A stretch of 26,204 nt of DNA, taken from assembly GCA_030141605.1 (NCBI GenBank), contig JAQGDQ010001768.1, forward strand, positions 1 through 26,204, read 5' to 3'. A program made the translations under genes and the position numbers. The stretch's first letter is position 1. Each line of letters opens with the position of its first letter. The notes below the pieces were generated by a model that saw nothing but the letters and a program-made list of their open reading frames with translations, ran no database searches and was not told the DNA's origin. This document shows positions 9,300 to 22,300 of the stretch, piece by piece. The DNA comes from Tubiluchus corallicola (lineage: Eukaryota > Animalia > Priapulida).

Positions 9300-11377
9300 A
9301 ACACAGTTAACACACCACAGGTGCTTACTGCACGATGTGCGAATGCAGTTAACACACCACATGTACTTACTGCACGATGTGCGAACACAGTTAACACACC
9401 ACAGGTACTTACTGCACGATGTGCGAACACAGTTAACACACCACAGGTACTTACTGCACGATGTGCGAACACAGTTAACACACCACAGGTACTTACTGCA
9501 CGATGTGCGAACACAGTTAACACACCACAGGTACTTACTGAGCGATTTGCGAACACAGTTAACACACCACAGGTACTTACTGCACGATGTGCGAACACAG
9601 TTAACACACCACAGGTACTTACTGCACGATGTGCGAACACAGTTAACACACCACAGGTACTTACTGCACGATTTGCGAACACAGTTAACACACCACAGGT
9701 ATTTACTGCACGATTTGCAAACGCAGTTAACACACCACAGGTACTTACTGAGCGATTCGCGAACAGAGTTAACACACCACAGGTACTTACTGTGCGATTT
9801 GCAAACTCCGTTAACACACCACAGGTACTTACTGAGCGATTCGCGAACAGAGTTAACACACCACAGGTACTTACTGAGCGATTCGCGAACAGAGTTAACA
9901 CACCACAGGTACTTACTGAGCGATTCGCGAACAGAGTTAACACACCACAGGTACTTACTGTGCGATTTGCAAACACAGTTAACACACCACAGGTACTTAC
10001 TACGCGATTTGCAAACACAGTTAACACACCACAGGTACTTACTGAGCGATTCGCGAACAGAGTTAACACACCACAGGTACTTACTGTGCGATTTGCAAAC
10101 GCCGTTAACACACCACAGGTACTTACTGCACGATTTGCGAGCACAGTTAACACATCACAGGTACTTACTGTGCGATTTGCAAACGCCGTTAACACACCAC
10201 AGGTACTTACTGCGCGATTTGCGAACAGAGTTAACACACCACAGGTACTTACTGCGCGATTTGCAAACGCCGTTAACACACCACAGGTACTTACTGCACG
10301 ATTTGCAAACGCAGTTAACACACCACAGGTACTTACTGCGCGATTTGCAAACACAGTTAACACACCACAGGTACTTACTGTACGATTTGCAAACACAGTT
10401 AACACACCACAGGTACTTACTGCGCGATTTGCAAACGCAGTTAACACACCACAGGTACTTACTGCACGATGTGCGAACACAGTTAACACACCACAGGTAC
10501 TTACTGCACGATTTGCAAACACAGTTAACACACCACAGGTACTTACTGCGTGATGTGCAAACACCGTTAACACACCACAGGTACTTACTGCGCGATTTAC
10601 AAGTGCAGTTAACACACCACAGGTACTTACTGCTCGATTTGCAAACACAGTTAACACACCACAGGTACTTACTGCACGATTTGCAAACACAGTTAACACA
10701 CCACAGGTACTTACTGCACGATTTACAAACGCAGTTAACACACCACAGGTAGTTACTGCGTGATGTGCAAACGCCATTAACACACCACAGGTGCTTACTG
10801 CGCGATTTGCAAACACAGTTAACACACCACAGGTACTTACTGCGCGATTTGCAAACGCAACTAACACACCACAGGTACTTACTGCGCGATTTATAAACGC
10901 AGTTAACGCACCACAGGTACTTACTGCGCGATTTATAAACGCAGTTAACACACCACAGGTGCTTACTGCACGATTTATAAACGCCGTTAACACACCACAG
11001 GTACTTACTGCACGATTTATAAACACAGTTAACACACCACAGGTACTTAATGCACGATTTGCAAACACAGTTAACACACCACAGGTACTTACTGCACGAT
11101 TTGCAAACACAGTTAACACACCACAGGTGCTTACTGCGCGATTTATAAACGCCGTTAACACACCACAGGTGCTTACTGCGGGATTTATAAACGCCGTTAA
11201 CACACCACAGGTACTTACTGCGCGATTTATAAACGCAGTTAACACACCACAGGTGCTTACTGCGCGATTTGCAAACGCCATTAACACACCACAGGTGCTT
11301 ACTGCGCGATTTGCAAACACAGTTAACACACCACAGGTACTTACTGCGCGATTATCAAACGCCGTTAACACACCACA
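9300..11377. repeat. 42-bp minisatellite B (aacacagttaacacaccacaggtacttactgcacgatttgca), ~49.5 copies
   Basis: Strict 42-bp period; gives 14-aa periodic ORFs in four frames. Confidence 0.98.
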
Positions 11378-12232
11378 AGCGTTCTGGGATTAGCCATATA
11401 TAAGTATCTTAGCCAGTATTCTATTGGTGATCCATTTTTTCTAGACGAGAATGATTTTTTGTGTGTTGCCCGTCTTAAACGTGACGTGGCCTGTGTTCAA
11501 TTTCTCATAGATACGTTTTTTATTCTTGAAGATATTTTAAAAAAAGTTTAGATTGGCAGCTGCTAAAAGCTATGAGTGCATTAGTGAACAATTTTAAAAA
11601 GTACTGTGATAACCTTTTAATATAATATGTAGTTTTAGATAAACAATTTTAGAAGTAAAATCTGATTTAGTGTGTATTATATAGTGCAACTGAATATAAC
11701 ATATGTGATATGATGTAATGTATATCTCTCTCTCACACACAAAACAATAATAAAAATCATCATAATTATTACCTGTATTTTTTTAAAGTTTTTAGACGTT
11801 TTGTAATCACATGTTTTTCAATACTCTTCTACGGCAGTAATAAAATCTATAAACTTTATTATTTACAAAGACGTTGTAATAATCTACAGTACAAAAACTT
11901 CGTTCCAAAATTTTGTAGCTTTTCAAGTTAAAAAAATATTTTTTTGTGATAATTCGAACACTACGTGTTAGTAAATTCACTGCGTGTAGTGATTTCTTGG
12001 GTGGCCAACAGATGGCGACAGTTGACTAAGATCCACTTAACTCGAAATGCCAACTCTCATATATTATCAGCAAGCGCCCATGATGCTTGCCTTGTAAGAT
12101 TGTGACGTCATGGTGATGACGTCATTAGAAAATGTGGACAATGTTTGTCAGAATAATAACTGAACCTGTGGTACAGTAAGACAAATTAATAAAATCGTTC
12201 TTTTCCAAGCTTCTTAAATGTGGAATTCTTTC

Positions 12233-12820
12233 CTAGAGAACATGTTGGTAATTTAATTCAATTCAATACTTTTTTATTTGTCTGATTTGCATCACAAAGC
12301 ATTACAACTATATACATAATAATATTAACAAGGTTACTAGAGAACATGGTGGTAATTCAATTCAATTCAATTCAATACTTTTTTATTTGTCTGATTTGCA
12401 TCACAAAACTTTACAACTATATACATAATAATATGAATAAGGTTACTAGAGAACATGGTGGTAATTCAATTCAATACTTTTTTATTTGTCTGATTTGCAT
12501 CACAAAACTTTACAACTATATACATAATAATATGAATAAGGTTACTAGAGAACATGGTGGTAATTCAATTCAATAGTTTTTTATTTGTCTGATTTGCATC
12601 ACAAAGCTTTACAACTATATACATAATAATATGAATAAGGTTACTAGAGAACATGGTAGTAATTTAATTCAATAGTTTTTTATTTCTCTGATTTGCATCA
12701 CAAAACTTTACGATTATATACATAATAATATGAATAAGGTTACTAGAGAACATGGTGGTAATTCAATTCAATAGTTTTTTATTTGTCTGAGTTGCATCAC
12801 AAAGCTTTACAACTATATAC
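12233..12820. repeat. 99-109 bp tandem repeat, 6 copies
   Basis: ctagagaacatg at 12233, 12337, 12446, 12545, 12644 and 12743. Confidence 0.92.
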
Positions 12821-13033
12821 GTAAAACAGCTACGGTTTGCAAATTGTACAAATCAGCCCCGAGGAGAGTAGGAGCGTGAGCTTTCGAGACTCACCACGAG
12901 ATGGCGCCAGCACACGTATGGTGCAGACTGAAAAATACATACAAAATAGCTCAAAGTTAAAAACAATATTCAGTTATAAAAACAATTAATGATAATAATA
13001 CAGACAAATGAGATTAGAGGTATTTAAAAACGT
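12760..13033 (-). mobile_element. Same dispersed LINE-3'-like repeat, copy A2
   Basis: Near-identical to 748-1021. Confidence 0.5.
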
Positions 13034-13044
13034 ATTTAATATTT

Positions 13045-13197
13045 ATGTTCATGTTCATTAAACGTTCATGTTCATGAAATGTTCATGTTCATGAAATGTT
13101 CGTGTTCATGAAATGTTCATGTTCATGAAATGTTGATGTTCTTGTTTATGTTCATGTTCATATTCATGTTCATATTCACGTTAATGAAATGTTCAAA
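13045..13197. repeat. Degenerate (GTTCAT)n microsatellite
   Basis: Equivalent of 1033-1185. Confidence 0.9.
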
Positions 13198-14155
13198 TGT
13201 AGAATTATTCTTGCTGGGGCCTGATTTCGTCATTTTCCGAATTACCAGTCTCTTTTTCGTACAGCATGACGTCACACGACTGACGATATGACGTCAGCAT
13301 GACGTCTCACACGACTGAAGCCATTTTTCCACCTCCAAATGGCTGTGACTTTAACTGCTTCAATGCTTTTGCTTTACGTGTTTGACTAAAACTAGAAAGA
13401 TTACAATTATCTTCCTAATTTCACTGAGATAATTAAGCAGTCATTCAAATGTGGAGTCTGATGAAGACGACTCGTTTACTGTCTGCTTTACAAGCGTAAA
13501 ATCAGTAAAAGACGGCCCCTCTGGGTTCCCTACCCCACCCCCCGAGAGTCGTAAAGCCGTTAATGGTGCGTAGTAATTTGCTTATCTCTCCTTCTTTAAC
13601 TCTTTCACATTTAGGGACACCCACACGTGAAGCCATGGAGAATTTACAACGCTAATTTTTGCTGTTTCATTTTGTACTTGTGTTCAGCTAGAAATGAGCC
13701 TTTTCACAGTTCCAGCGACTGATGATGATCGTGAAAAGGTCAAAGGTTAAGTGTTCCAGACAACGCGTTTGTGTACATTTGACAACGCCTCGCAGCCATT
13801 GCTGTTGTAATAGTAACAGTCTTAACAGCAATCTAGAACCTTGCTTAGTTCATTTTTCTGAACTGATGTGGCAGAAGGCTTTGTTTTACAAACATGTTAC
13901 GTGACGGTTGTAGCTACCATCTTTATCGTCGTCATTCCCACCGTCATCGTTGTCATTATAATTATAATATATAATTAAAATAATGATAATAATAATGCTG
14001 ATGATGATAATGTTTTGATTCATTTCAATTAATTTTGTTCATGTATCTTGTAACAGTGTAATGGTGCTTGTTAATGTATCTTCTGTCTTGTTTATTCTTT
14101 TTCAATTTTTTATATTTTGTAATTTTTCTTTTGGTTGTAATGATGATAAGTAAAC

Positions 14156-14373
<218 letters not shown>

Positions 14374-14711
14374 TTAACACAATTAATGCTGCAAAAGCGT
14401 TTCAGATAAATAAATAATAGGTTAAACATTTTATTAAATTTTATGGAATTTCAAATTCACCGCTGTGCTCATGCATTACCTGACGAACGTGTGTAGTTCG
14501 TCACAAACTAACACATCTGAACTGAGAGGTACAGCAATTGTTTTCGTGCAATGCATTTCCGTAATGCAGGCGCTAGTGCCCGTCTAGTTAGCGAATGATG
14601 AAATGCATGTAACAGGACAGAACTAGTGGCGCGAACGCGAAATTGTGTTTGTGTGGTAATAATTCTTTCACTCTAGTGCTAACTAAAGACCTTTTGTTTA
14701 CCTTTTCTGGT

Positions 14712-15150
14712 TTGGTTCTACATGTTCACTTTCGCCATCTAGTGCTAGTTAGAGACACTAAATTCATTTTCTAATTGTGCAAGTTACGGGAGTAGAGTAC
14801 AGTAGACACAACACAGTTCTTTTCTAATACTTTTTTCCGTTTCCCTTTTCTACATGGTCACTTTCGCCATCTAGTGCTAGTTAGAGACACTACATTTCAT
14901 TTTCTAATTGTGCAAGTTATGGGAGTAGAGTACAGTAGTCACAACAAAGTTCTTTTATAATACTTTTTTCCGTTTCCCTTTTCTACATGGTCACTTTCGC
15001 CATCTAGTGTTAGTTAGAGACACTACATTTCATTTTTCTAATTGTGCAAGTTATGGGATTAGAGTACAGCAGACACAACACAGTTCTTTTTTAATACTTT
15101 TTTTCCGTTTCCCTTTTCTACATGGTCACTTTCGCCATCTAGTGCTAGAC
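14712..15150. repeat. 133-bp satellite, 4 monomers
   Basis: cgccatctagtg at 14733, 14865, 14998 and 15133; the 141-bp subtype is absent. Confidence 0.9.
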
Positions 15151-15834
15151 CATTCTCTAATAGTCTGAGTTACGTGACAATTTTTTAACATGTTTTCCGT
15201 GTATAGAAACTGAATTCTTGAGCTCTATTTATCGCTAATCATGATTTAAGATCTTTCTTTTTTCAGTAGTGGTCCAGCTCTTGTTTGCATTTTAATAAAT
15301 AAATTATATATTATATAGTTGCCTGTCGTGAAGAAACTATTGCAACACGCTGATTTTATTCAAATATAATAATAGTTTATTAACGTGATTGATGGTAATT
15401 TGAAGCAAACATAGGCCTAATAATAAACGAATTGTACGTACTATAATGAGTAAATATCAGAATAATATCGAAGTATATACACCGGTGAAGAAAAACACAG
15501 GTATACAAAAATACAAATTTAACAAAAAATGTATCTGTAACACAATAATATCAGAACCAAGTGAAATAATTATTCAAATGACGATGGTAATCGTAAAGTC
15601 ATTATACAGGTGGGCCAAAATATTTATCGTCAAATTATTTAATAAAAGGCTCGTTAACTTTAACCAAAAAAACCATAAGCTTGCAGATGACGTCATTATT
15701 AATGGCATAAATGACGCAGCTAGTGGTTATAAAAAAACACGGGAGGTTGTAGCTGCAAAAGAGGCTACAGGTGACTTTTCAACATCAACAACAGTGCCCT
15801 CTGTAATCTCCTCTATCGTCGATGCACAATGATG

Positions 15835-16189
15835 AAAAAAACCACAATTATTGTATACTATACGATGTACCTAGGCCTAAAAAACACAATTATTGTATAC
15901 TATACGATGTACCTAGGCCTAAAAAACAACACAATTATTGTATACTATACGATGTACCTAGGCCTAAAAAACAACGCAATTATTGTATACTATACGATGT
16001 ACCTAGGCCTAAAAAACAACAAAATTATTGTATACTATACGATGTACCTAGGCCTAAACAAACACAATTATTGTATACTATACGATGTACCTAGGCATAA
16101 AAAACACAATTATTGTATACTATACGATGTACCTAGGCCTAAAAAAACACAATTATTGTATACTATACGATGTACTTAGGCCTAAAAAG
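15835..16189. repeat. 42-45-bp minisatellite A, 8 copies
   Basis: Same monomer; several copies carry an extra caa. Confidence 0.95.
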
Positions 16190-16393
16190 CAACTCGATTA
16201 GTTTTGGTATTTCCTCTTTGTTGGCTATAAGTTGACCAAAATCTTGAATGAAAAAATGTTGAAGAACAAGGAGATTTACGAATGCCAAATCATACGATGC
16301 AGCTTGTACGTGACATTGTTATGCTGATCACAATCAATCATGACAAACCGACTTACTTCTTCAAAATGGGCGGCAGCGTACGGGGTGTAAATA

Positions 16394-16399
16394 TTTATT
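16394..16399 (-). promoter_or_regulatory. Putative polyadenylation signal AATAAA of paralogue 2
   Basis: Plus-strand tttatt ~40 nt past the stop codon; same position as in copy 1. Confidence 0.45.
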
Positions 16400-16438
16400 G
16401 TCTATAAACAATCAATAGTAATCGTGAAAGCATCAGTT

Positions 16439-17746
16439 TCAAGAAATGATTTTCCTTTCAATTCTTTTTCTAAGCAGCATCAGAACTTTTATGCGAATTT
16501 TTCCATCATTAATAAACCCGGAAGCAGGGTTCATGACGGTTCTAAACTGTGCAATATTTCTCGCATACCAGACCCGTTTCTTTGTATCTTCATTTAGAAT
16601 AGTTTTGAGTGACCTTTGTGGATGATTGTTAATCACTTCAATGTAACTGTTCTTACGTATGCTGATGAAAGTAGAACAGGGACCAACTCCTAAATTCAAG
16701 CAACAGCCTTCACCACGGTTATCTCCAGCATTGGAGCAGTTTCTATCATTACAACTGAAAAGATAAATGACAAGCTTATCAGCATCACCAATGGTTGCAA
16801 TCTTTTCTGATAGAGGACCTGCCCATGGTCTTATTCCTAAACTATCAATTTTCTTAACAGGTACAGCACACATGACTGACACAACTTCTGCGTAGTTTCT
16901 CTGCGTTTTTGGAAATATTGATTCTGATGTCTCTTCTTGATGATAATTGATTAGAACATTTTCTTGCTCCTCGGCATTTAATATTCCAGTTGCTACCGGT
17001 CCTTTGATGAATAACTCTGGGTCCATTGTGGGAAATCTGATTTGAAACAATATGTCACATAAGACTGTTCTTTTGTTGAACACATTTTGCTCCATGTTCT
17101 TTCGCTTGCATTCAGCATCAGCCCATCTTAAAACTGCATCAAATAGTTTCACCTCTTCAGTAATAGTCAGTTCATCAAGTTTGACAATCCTCAATAAGTT
17201 GTCGTAGCTCAAGGAAGTAAAACTGTCGGACTTTATAACTGCTTCCGTCTCGACACTAATAACCTCCAAACACTTCATCTCTACATCTCGCTTTTCATAG
17301 AAACAAGCAGCTGTCAGAATGGTACAGACGTTGTCAGTTGTGATTTCAGATTTAAGGAAATCAGCAGCCATTTTTTCAAGTTCACGAATGTTGTATTTTT
17401 TAGCTAAGTAAAGTACCTGAAGAACATTATCACCAGTTAATTCAGCTTTGTCAGTATAAATAAATCTCAAAAGCAGCAGGAACACTTCAGGTTCAACGTC
17501 GGTTATTGGTATGACATCACCAAGTTTATGACACAGCGGCCCAAACAGCATCCTCTTAAAAACGTCACTTCTGAGTGCAAGTAAGTACCGACTAGCGTTG
17601 ATGATGATTTCACCAACTGAAAAAGTTACATCACATAATTCCTGGAAATCTTCGTTACCAAAAACATAATCGTGTCTCTCGTTCCAGTTACCCATCGCAT
17701 CAACCCTTTCAGCTGGAGTTTGCGGCTCGTCTAATGAAGTTGCCAT
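16439..17746 (-). CDS. BTB/POZ-BACK protein with C-terminal MATH/TRAF-like domain, paralogue 2, 435 aa
   Basis: Paralogue of 6484-7752. The frame is preserved despite four indels (all multiples of 3). It has an 8-aa C-terminal extension because the copy-1 TGA is AGA here. Confidence 0.93.
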   Translation of the reverse strand: MATSLDEPQTPAERVDAMGNWNERHDYVFGNEDFQELCDVTFSVGEIIINASRYLLALRSDVFKRMLFGPLCHKLGDVIPITDVEPEVFLLLLRFIYTDKAELTGDNVLQVLYLAKKYNIRELEKMAADFLKSEITTDNVCTILTAACFYEKRDVEMKCLEVISVETEAVIKSDSFTSLSYDNLLRIVKLDELTITEEVKLFDAVLRWADAECKRKNMEQNVFNKRTVLCDILFQIRFPTMDPELFIKGPVATGILNAEEQENVLINYHQEETSESIFPKTQRNYAEVVSVMCAVPVKKIDSLGIRPWAGPLSEKIATIGDADKLVIYLFSCNDRNCSNAGDNRGEGCCLNLGVGPCSTFISIRKNSYIEVINNHPQRSLKTILNEDTKKRVWYARNIAQFRTVMNPASGFINDGKIRIKVLMLLRKRIERKIIS

Positions 17747-17814
17747 TTCTTTTGCTAATAGAATTTTCTGACCTCTCTGCTGATCGAGAACTTGTATAAA
17801 TGGCTGGTGTAACT
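17747..17814 (-). other. Putative splice acceptor plus 66-nt exon segment upstream of the ATG (copy 2)
   Basis: The minus strand reads ttatttcatctcgtgtctgtAG|ttacaccag...; the same 66 nt as copy 1. Confidence 0.5.
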
Positions 17815-18559
17815 ACAGACACGAGATGAAATAATTTAAACTTTGTACTTTTTATCAGTTTTTTGCTCTACAATCATTAAAGGTAAACATACAGTTGTAA
17901 TTTTATACATCCACGCTGCCTCGCCTTATACAAACAACTAACTGTGACCTTTGTACCCTTGGTTTATAAACTTATGACACCGACTAAAAAAAAATCTTCA
18001 CTTTGTCTAATATCATGTGTAACTTAAGCATCTTGTCCCAACTTTATTAGGAATTAGAATAAGTTCAAGTACCTTTCAATGCTAATCAGAACTTTTTTAA
18101 AATTTAAAGCAAGAAATGAAAAACAACAAATTAAAGAGATATATTATTATTAAAATCATTTTATTTTATTCGTGAAACGGGGCTAAACCGGCTGAGGATC
18201 CTACACCTCAAAACAATGTAAACTATGAAAGTTGAAAGGAAAATACTATTTTTTCAAGAATTGCTTAGTGAAAGAATTATTAGCACAGAGTTGAAATTGC
18301 ATTCGCACCACAAGTTCTTCGCGGTTAAACCTCTTGCACAAAAAGCGGTGCTGTACCACTTAGTTCAAATGTGTTCAGGTGTGACGTGGTGCACACGTTA
18401 GCTCAGGTGTGAGTTCAGCTGTAAACTTGAATTTTGAATTATAAACTTAAAATTTGTCAAGTTTTCATATGTCATTTTCACACTGAATGATATACAGTAG
18501 CACTGTACTTCAATTTTTTCTTTCCTTGAAAATTATGCCCACTCGTTGTGCCATCCTAG

Positions 18560-19108
<549 letters not shown>

Positions 19109-19328
19109 CAATTAGCAGGTATCAAATCAAATATTTGCTTTTTAAAACGCTGTAATTGAATGAGCCTATCGTTATTAATTCATAAAAACATTTTTTACAT
19201 CTGATATAAAATTATAAGTTGATATAAGGCAGTGTACTTTAGTAAATAAATAGAAATTAAAACTACAAAATTCGTAAAAAAAGTAAATTGCAGTTTTTAA
19301 AATGCCACGCAGCATTTTCACTTTCTCG

Positions 19329-22300
19329 AACACAGTTAACACACCACAGGTACTTACTGCGCGATTTGCGAACACAGTTAACACACCACAGGTAGTTACT
19401 GCACGATTTGCAAACACAGTTAACACACCACAGGTACTTACTGCGCGATTTGCAAACACAGTTAACACACCACAGGTACTTACTGCACGATTTGCAAACG
19501 CAGTTAACACACCACAGGTACTTACTGCGCGATTTGCAAACGCCGTTAACACACCACAGGTACTTACTGCACGATTTGCAAACGCAGTTAACACACCACA
19601 GGTACTTACTGCGCGATTTGCAAACGCAGTTAACACACCACAGGTACTTACTGCGCGATTTGCAAACGCAGTTAACACACCACAGGTACTTACTGCGCGA
19701 TTTGCAAACGCCGTTAACACACCACAGGTACTTACTGCGCGATTTGCAAACGCAGTTAACACACCACAGGTACTTACTGAGCGATTTGCAAACGCAGTTA
19801 ACACACCACAGGTACTTACTGCACGATTTGCAAACGCAGTTAACACACCACAGGTACTTACTGCGCGATTTGCAAACGCCGTTAACACACCACAGGTACT
19901 TACTGCACGATTTGCAAACGCAGTTAACACACCACAGGTACTTACTGCACGATTTGCAAACGCAGTTAACACACCACAGGTACTTACTGCGCGATTTACA
20001 AATGCAGTTAACACACCACAGGTACTTACTGCGCGATTTGCAAACGCAGTTAACACACCACAGGTACTTACTGCGCGATTTACAAACGCAGTTAACACAC
20101 CACAGGTACTTACTGCGCGATTTACAAACGCAGTTAACACACCACAGGTACTTACTGCACGATTTACAAACGCAGTTAACACACCACAGGTACTTACTGC
20201 GCGATGTGCAAACGCCGTTAACACACCACAGGTACTTACTGCACGATTTACAAACGCAGTTAACACACCACAGGTACTTACTGCACGATTTACAAACGCA
20301 GTTAACACACCACAGGTACTTACTGCGCGATTTACAAATGCAGTTAACACACCACAGGTACTTACTGCGCGATTTGCAAACACAGTTAACACACCACAGG
20401 TAGTTACTGCACGATTTACAAACACAGTTAACACACCACAGGTACTTACTGCACGATTTACAAACACAGTTAACACACCACAGGTACTTACTGCGCGGTT
20501 TGCAAACGCAGTTAACACACCACAGGTACTTACTGCGCCATTTGCGAACACAGTTAACACACCACAGGTACTTACTGCGCGATTTGCGAACACAGTTAAC
20601 ACACCACAGGTAGTTACTGCACGATGTGCGAACACAGTTAACACACCACAGGTACTTACTGCACGATTTACAAATGCAGTTAACACACCACAGGTACTTA
20701 CTGCGCGATTTACAAACACAGTTAACACACCACAGGTACTTAATGCACGATTTGCAAACACAGTTAACACACCACAAGTACTTACTGCACGATTTGCAAA
20801 CGCAGTTAACACACCACAGGCACTTACTGCACGATTTACAAACGCAGTTAACACACCACAGGTACTTACTGCGCCATTTGCGAACACAGTTAACACACCA
20901 CAGGTACTTACTGCGCCATTTGCGAACACAGTTAACACACCACAGGTACTTACTGCGCGATTTACAAACACAGTTAACACACCACAGGTACTTACTGCAC
21001 GATTTACAAATGCAGTTAACACACCACAGGTACTTACTGCGCGATTTGCAAACGCAGTTAACACACCACAGGTACTTACTGCGCGATTTACAAATGCAGT
21101 TAACACACCACAGGTACTTACTGCACGATTTGCAAACGCCGTTAACACACCACAGGTACTTACTGCTCGATTTATAAACGCAGTTAACACACCACAGGTA
21201 CTTACTGCACGATTTACAAACACAGTTAACACACCACAGGTACTTACTGAGCGATTTGCAGACGCAGTTAACACACCACAGGTACTTACTGCACGATTTA
21301 CAAACGCAGTTAACACACCACAGGTACTTACTGCACGATTTGCAAACGCAGTTAACACACCACAGGTACTTACTGCACGATGTGCGAACACAGTTAACAC
21401 ACCACAGGTACTTACTGCACGATTTGCAAACACAGTTAACACACCACAGGTACTTACTGCGCGGTTTGCAAACGCAGTTAACACACCACAGGTACTTACT
21501 GCTCGATTTACAAACACAGTTAACACACCACAGGTACTTACTGCACGATGTGCGAACACAGTTAACACACCACAGGTACTTACTGCGCGGTTTGCAAACG
21601 CAGTTAACACACCACAGGTACTTACTGCTCGATTTACAAACGCAGTTAACACACCACAGGTACTTACTGCGCCATTTGCGACCACAGTTAACACACCACA
21701 GGTACTTACTGCTCGATTTACAAACGCAGTTAACACACCACAGGTACTTACTGCACGATTTACAAACGCAGTTAACACACCACAGGTACTTACTGCACGA
21801 TTTGCAAACACAGTTAACACACCACAGGTACTTACTGAGCGATTTGCAAACACAGTTAACACACCACAGGTACTTACTGCACGATTTGCAAACACAGTTA
21901 ACACACCACAGGTACTTACTGCACGATTTGCAAACGCAGTTAACACACCACAGGTACTTACTGCACGATTTACAAACGCAGTTAACACACCACAGGTACT
22001 TACTGCGCGATTTGCGAACACAGTTAACACACCACAGGTACTTACTGCGCGATTTGCGAACACAGTTAACACACCACAGGTACTTACTGCGCGATTTACA
22101 AACACAGTTAACACACCACAGGTACTTACTGCACGATTTACAAACGCAGTTAACACACCACAGGTACTTACTGCGCGATTTGCAAACGCAGTTAACACAC
22201 CACAGGTACTTACTGCGCGATTTACAAATGCAGTTAACACACCACAGGTACTTACTGCACGATTTGCAAACGCAGTTAACACACCACAGGTACTTACTGC

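Noticed and set aside
9300-11377. CRISPR-like constant repeat plus variable spacer
   Set aside because: The variable parts are point variants of one 17-bp sequence, not unique spacers. No cas genes, and the context is eukaryotic.
9143-11393. 200-742 aa periodic ORFs
   Set aside because: Same minisatellite artefact; overlapping ORFs on both strands.
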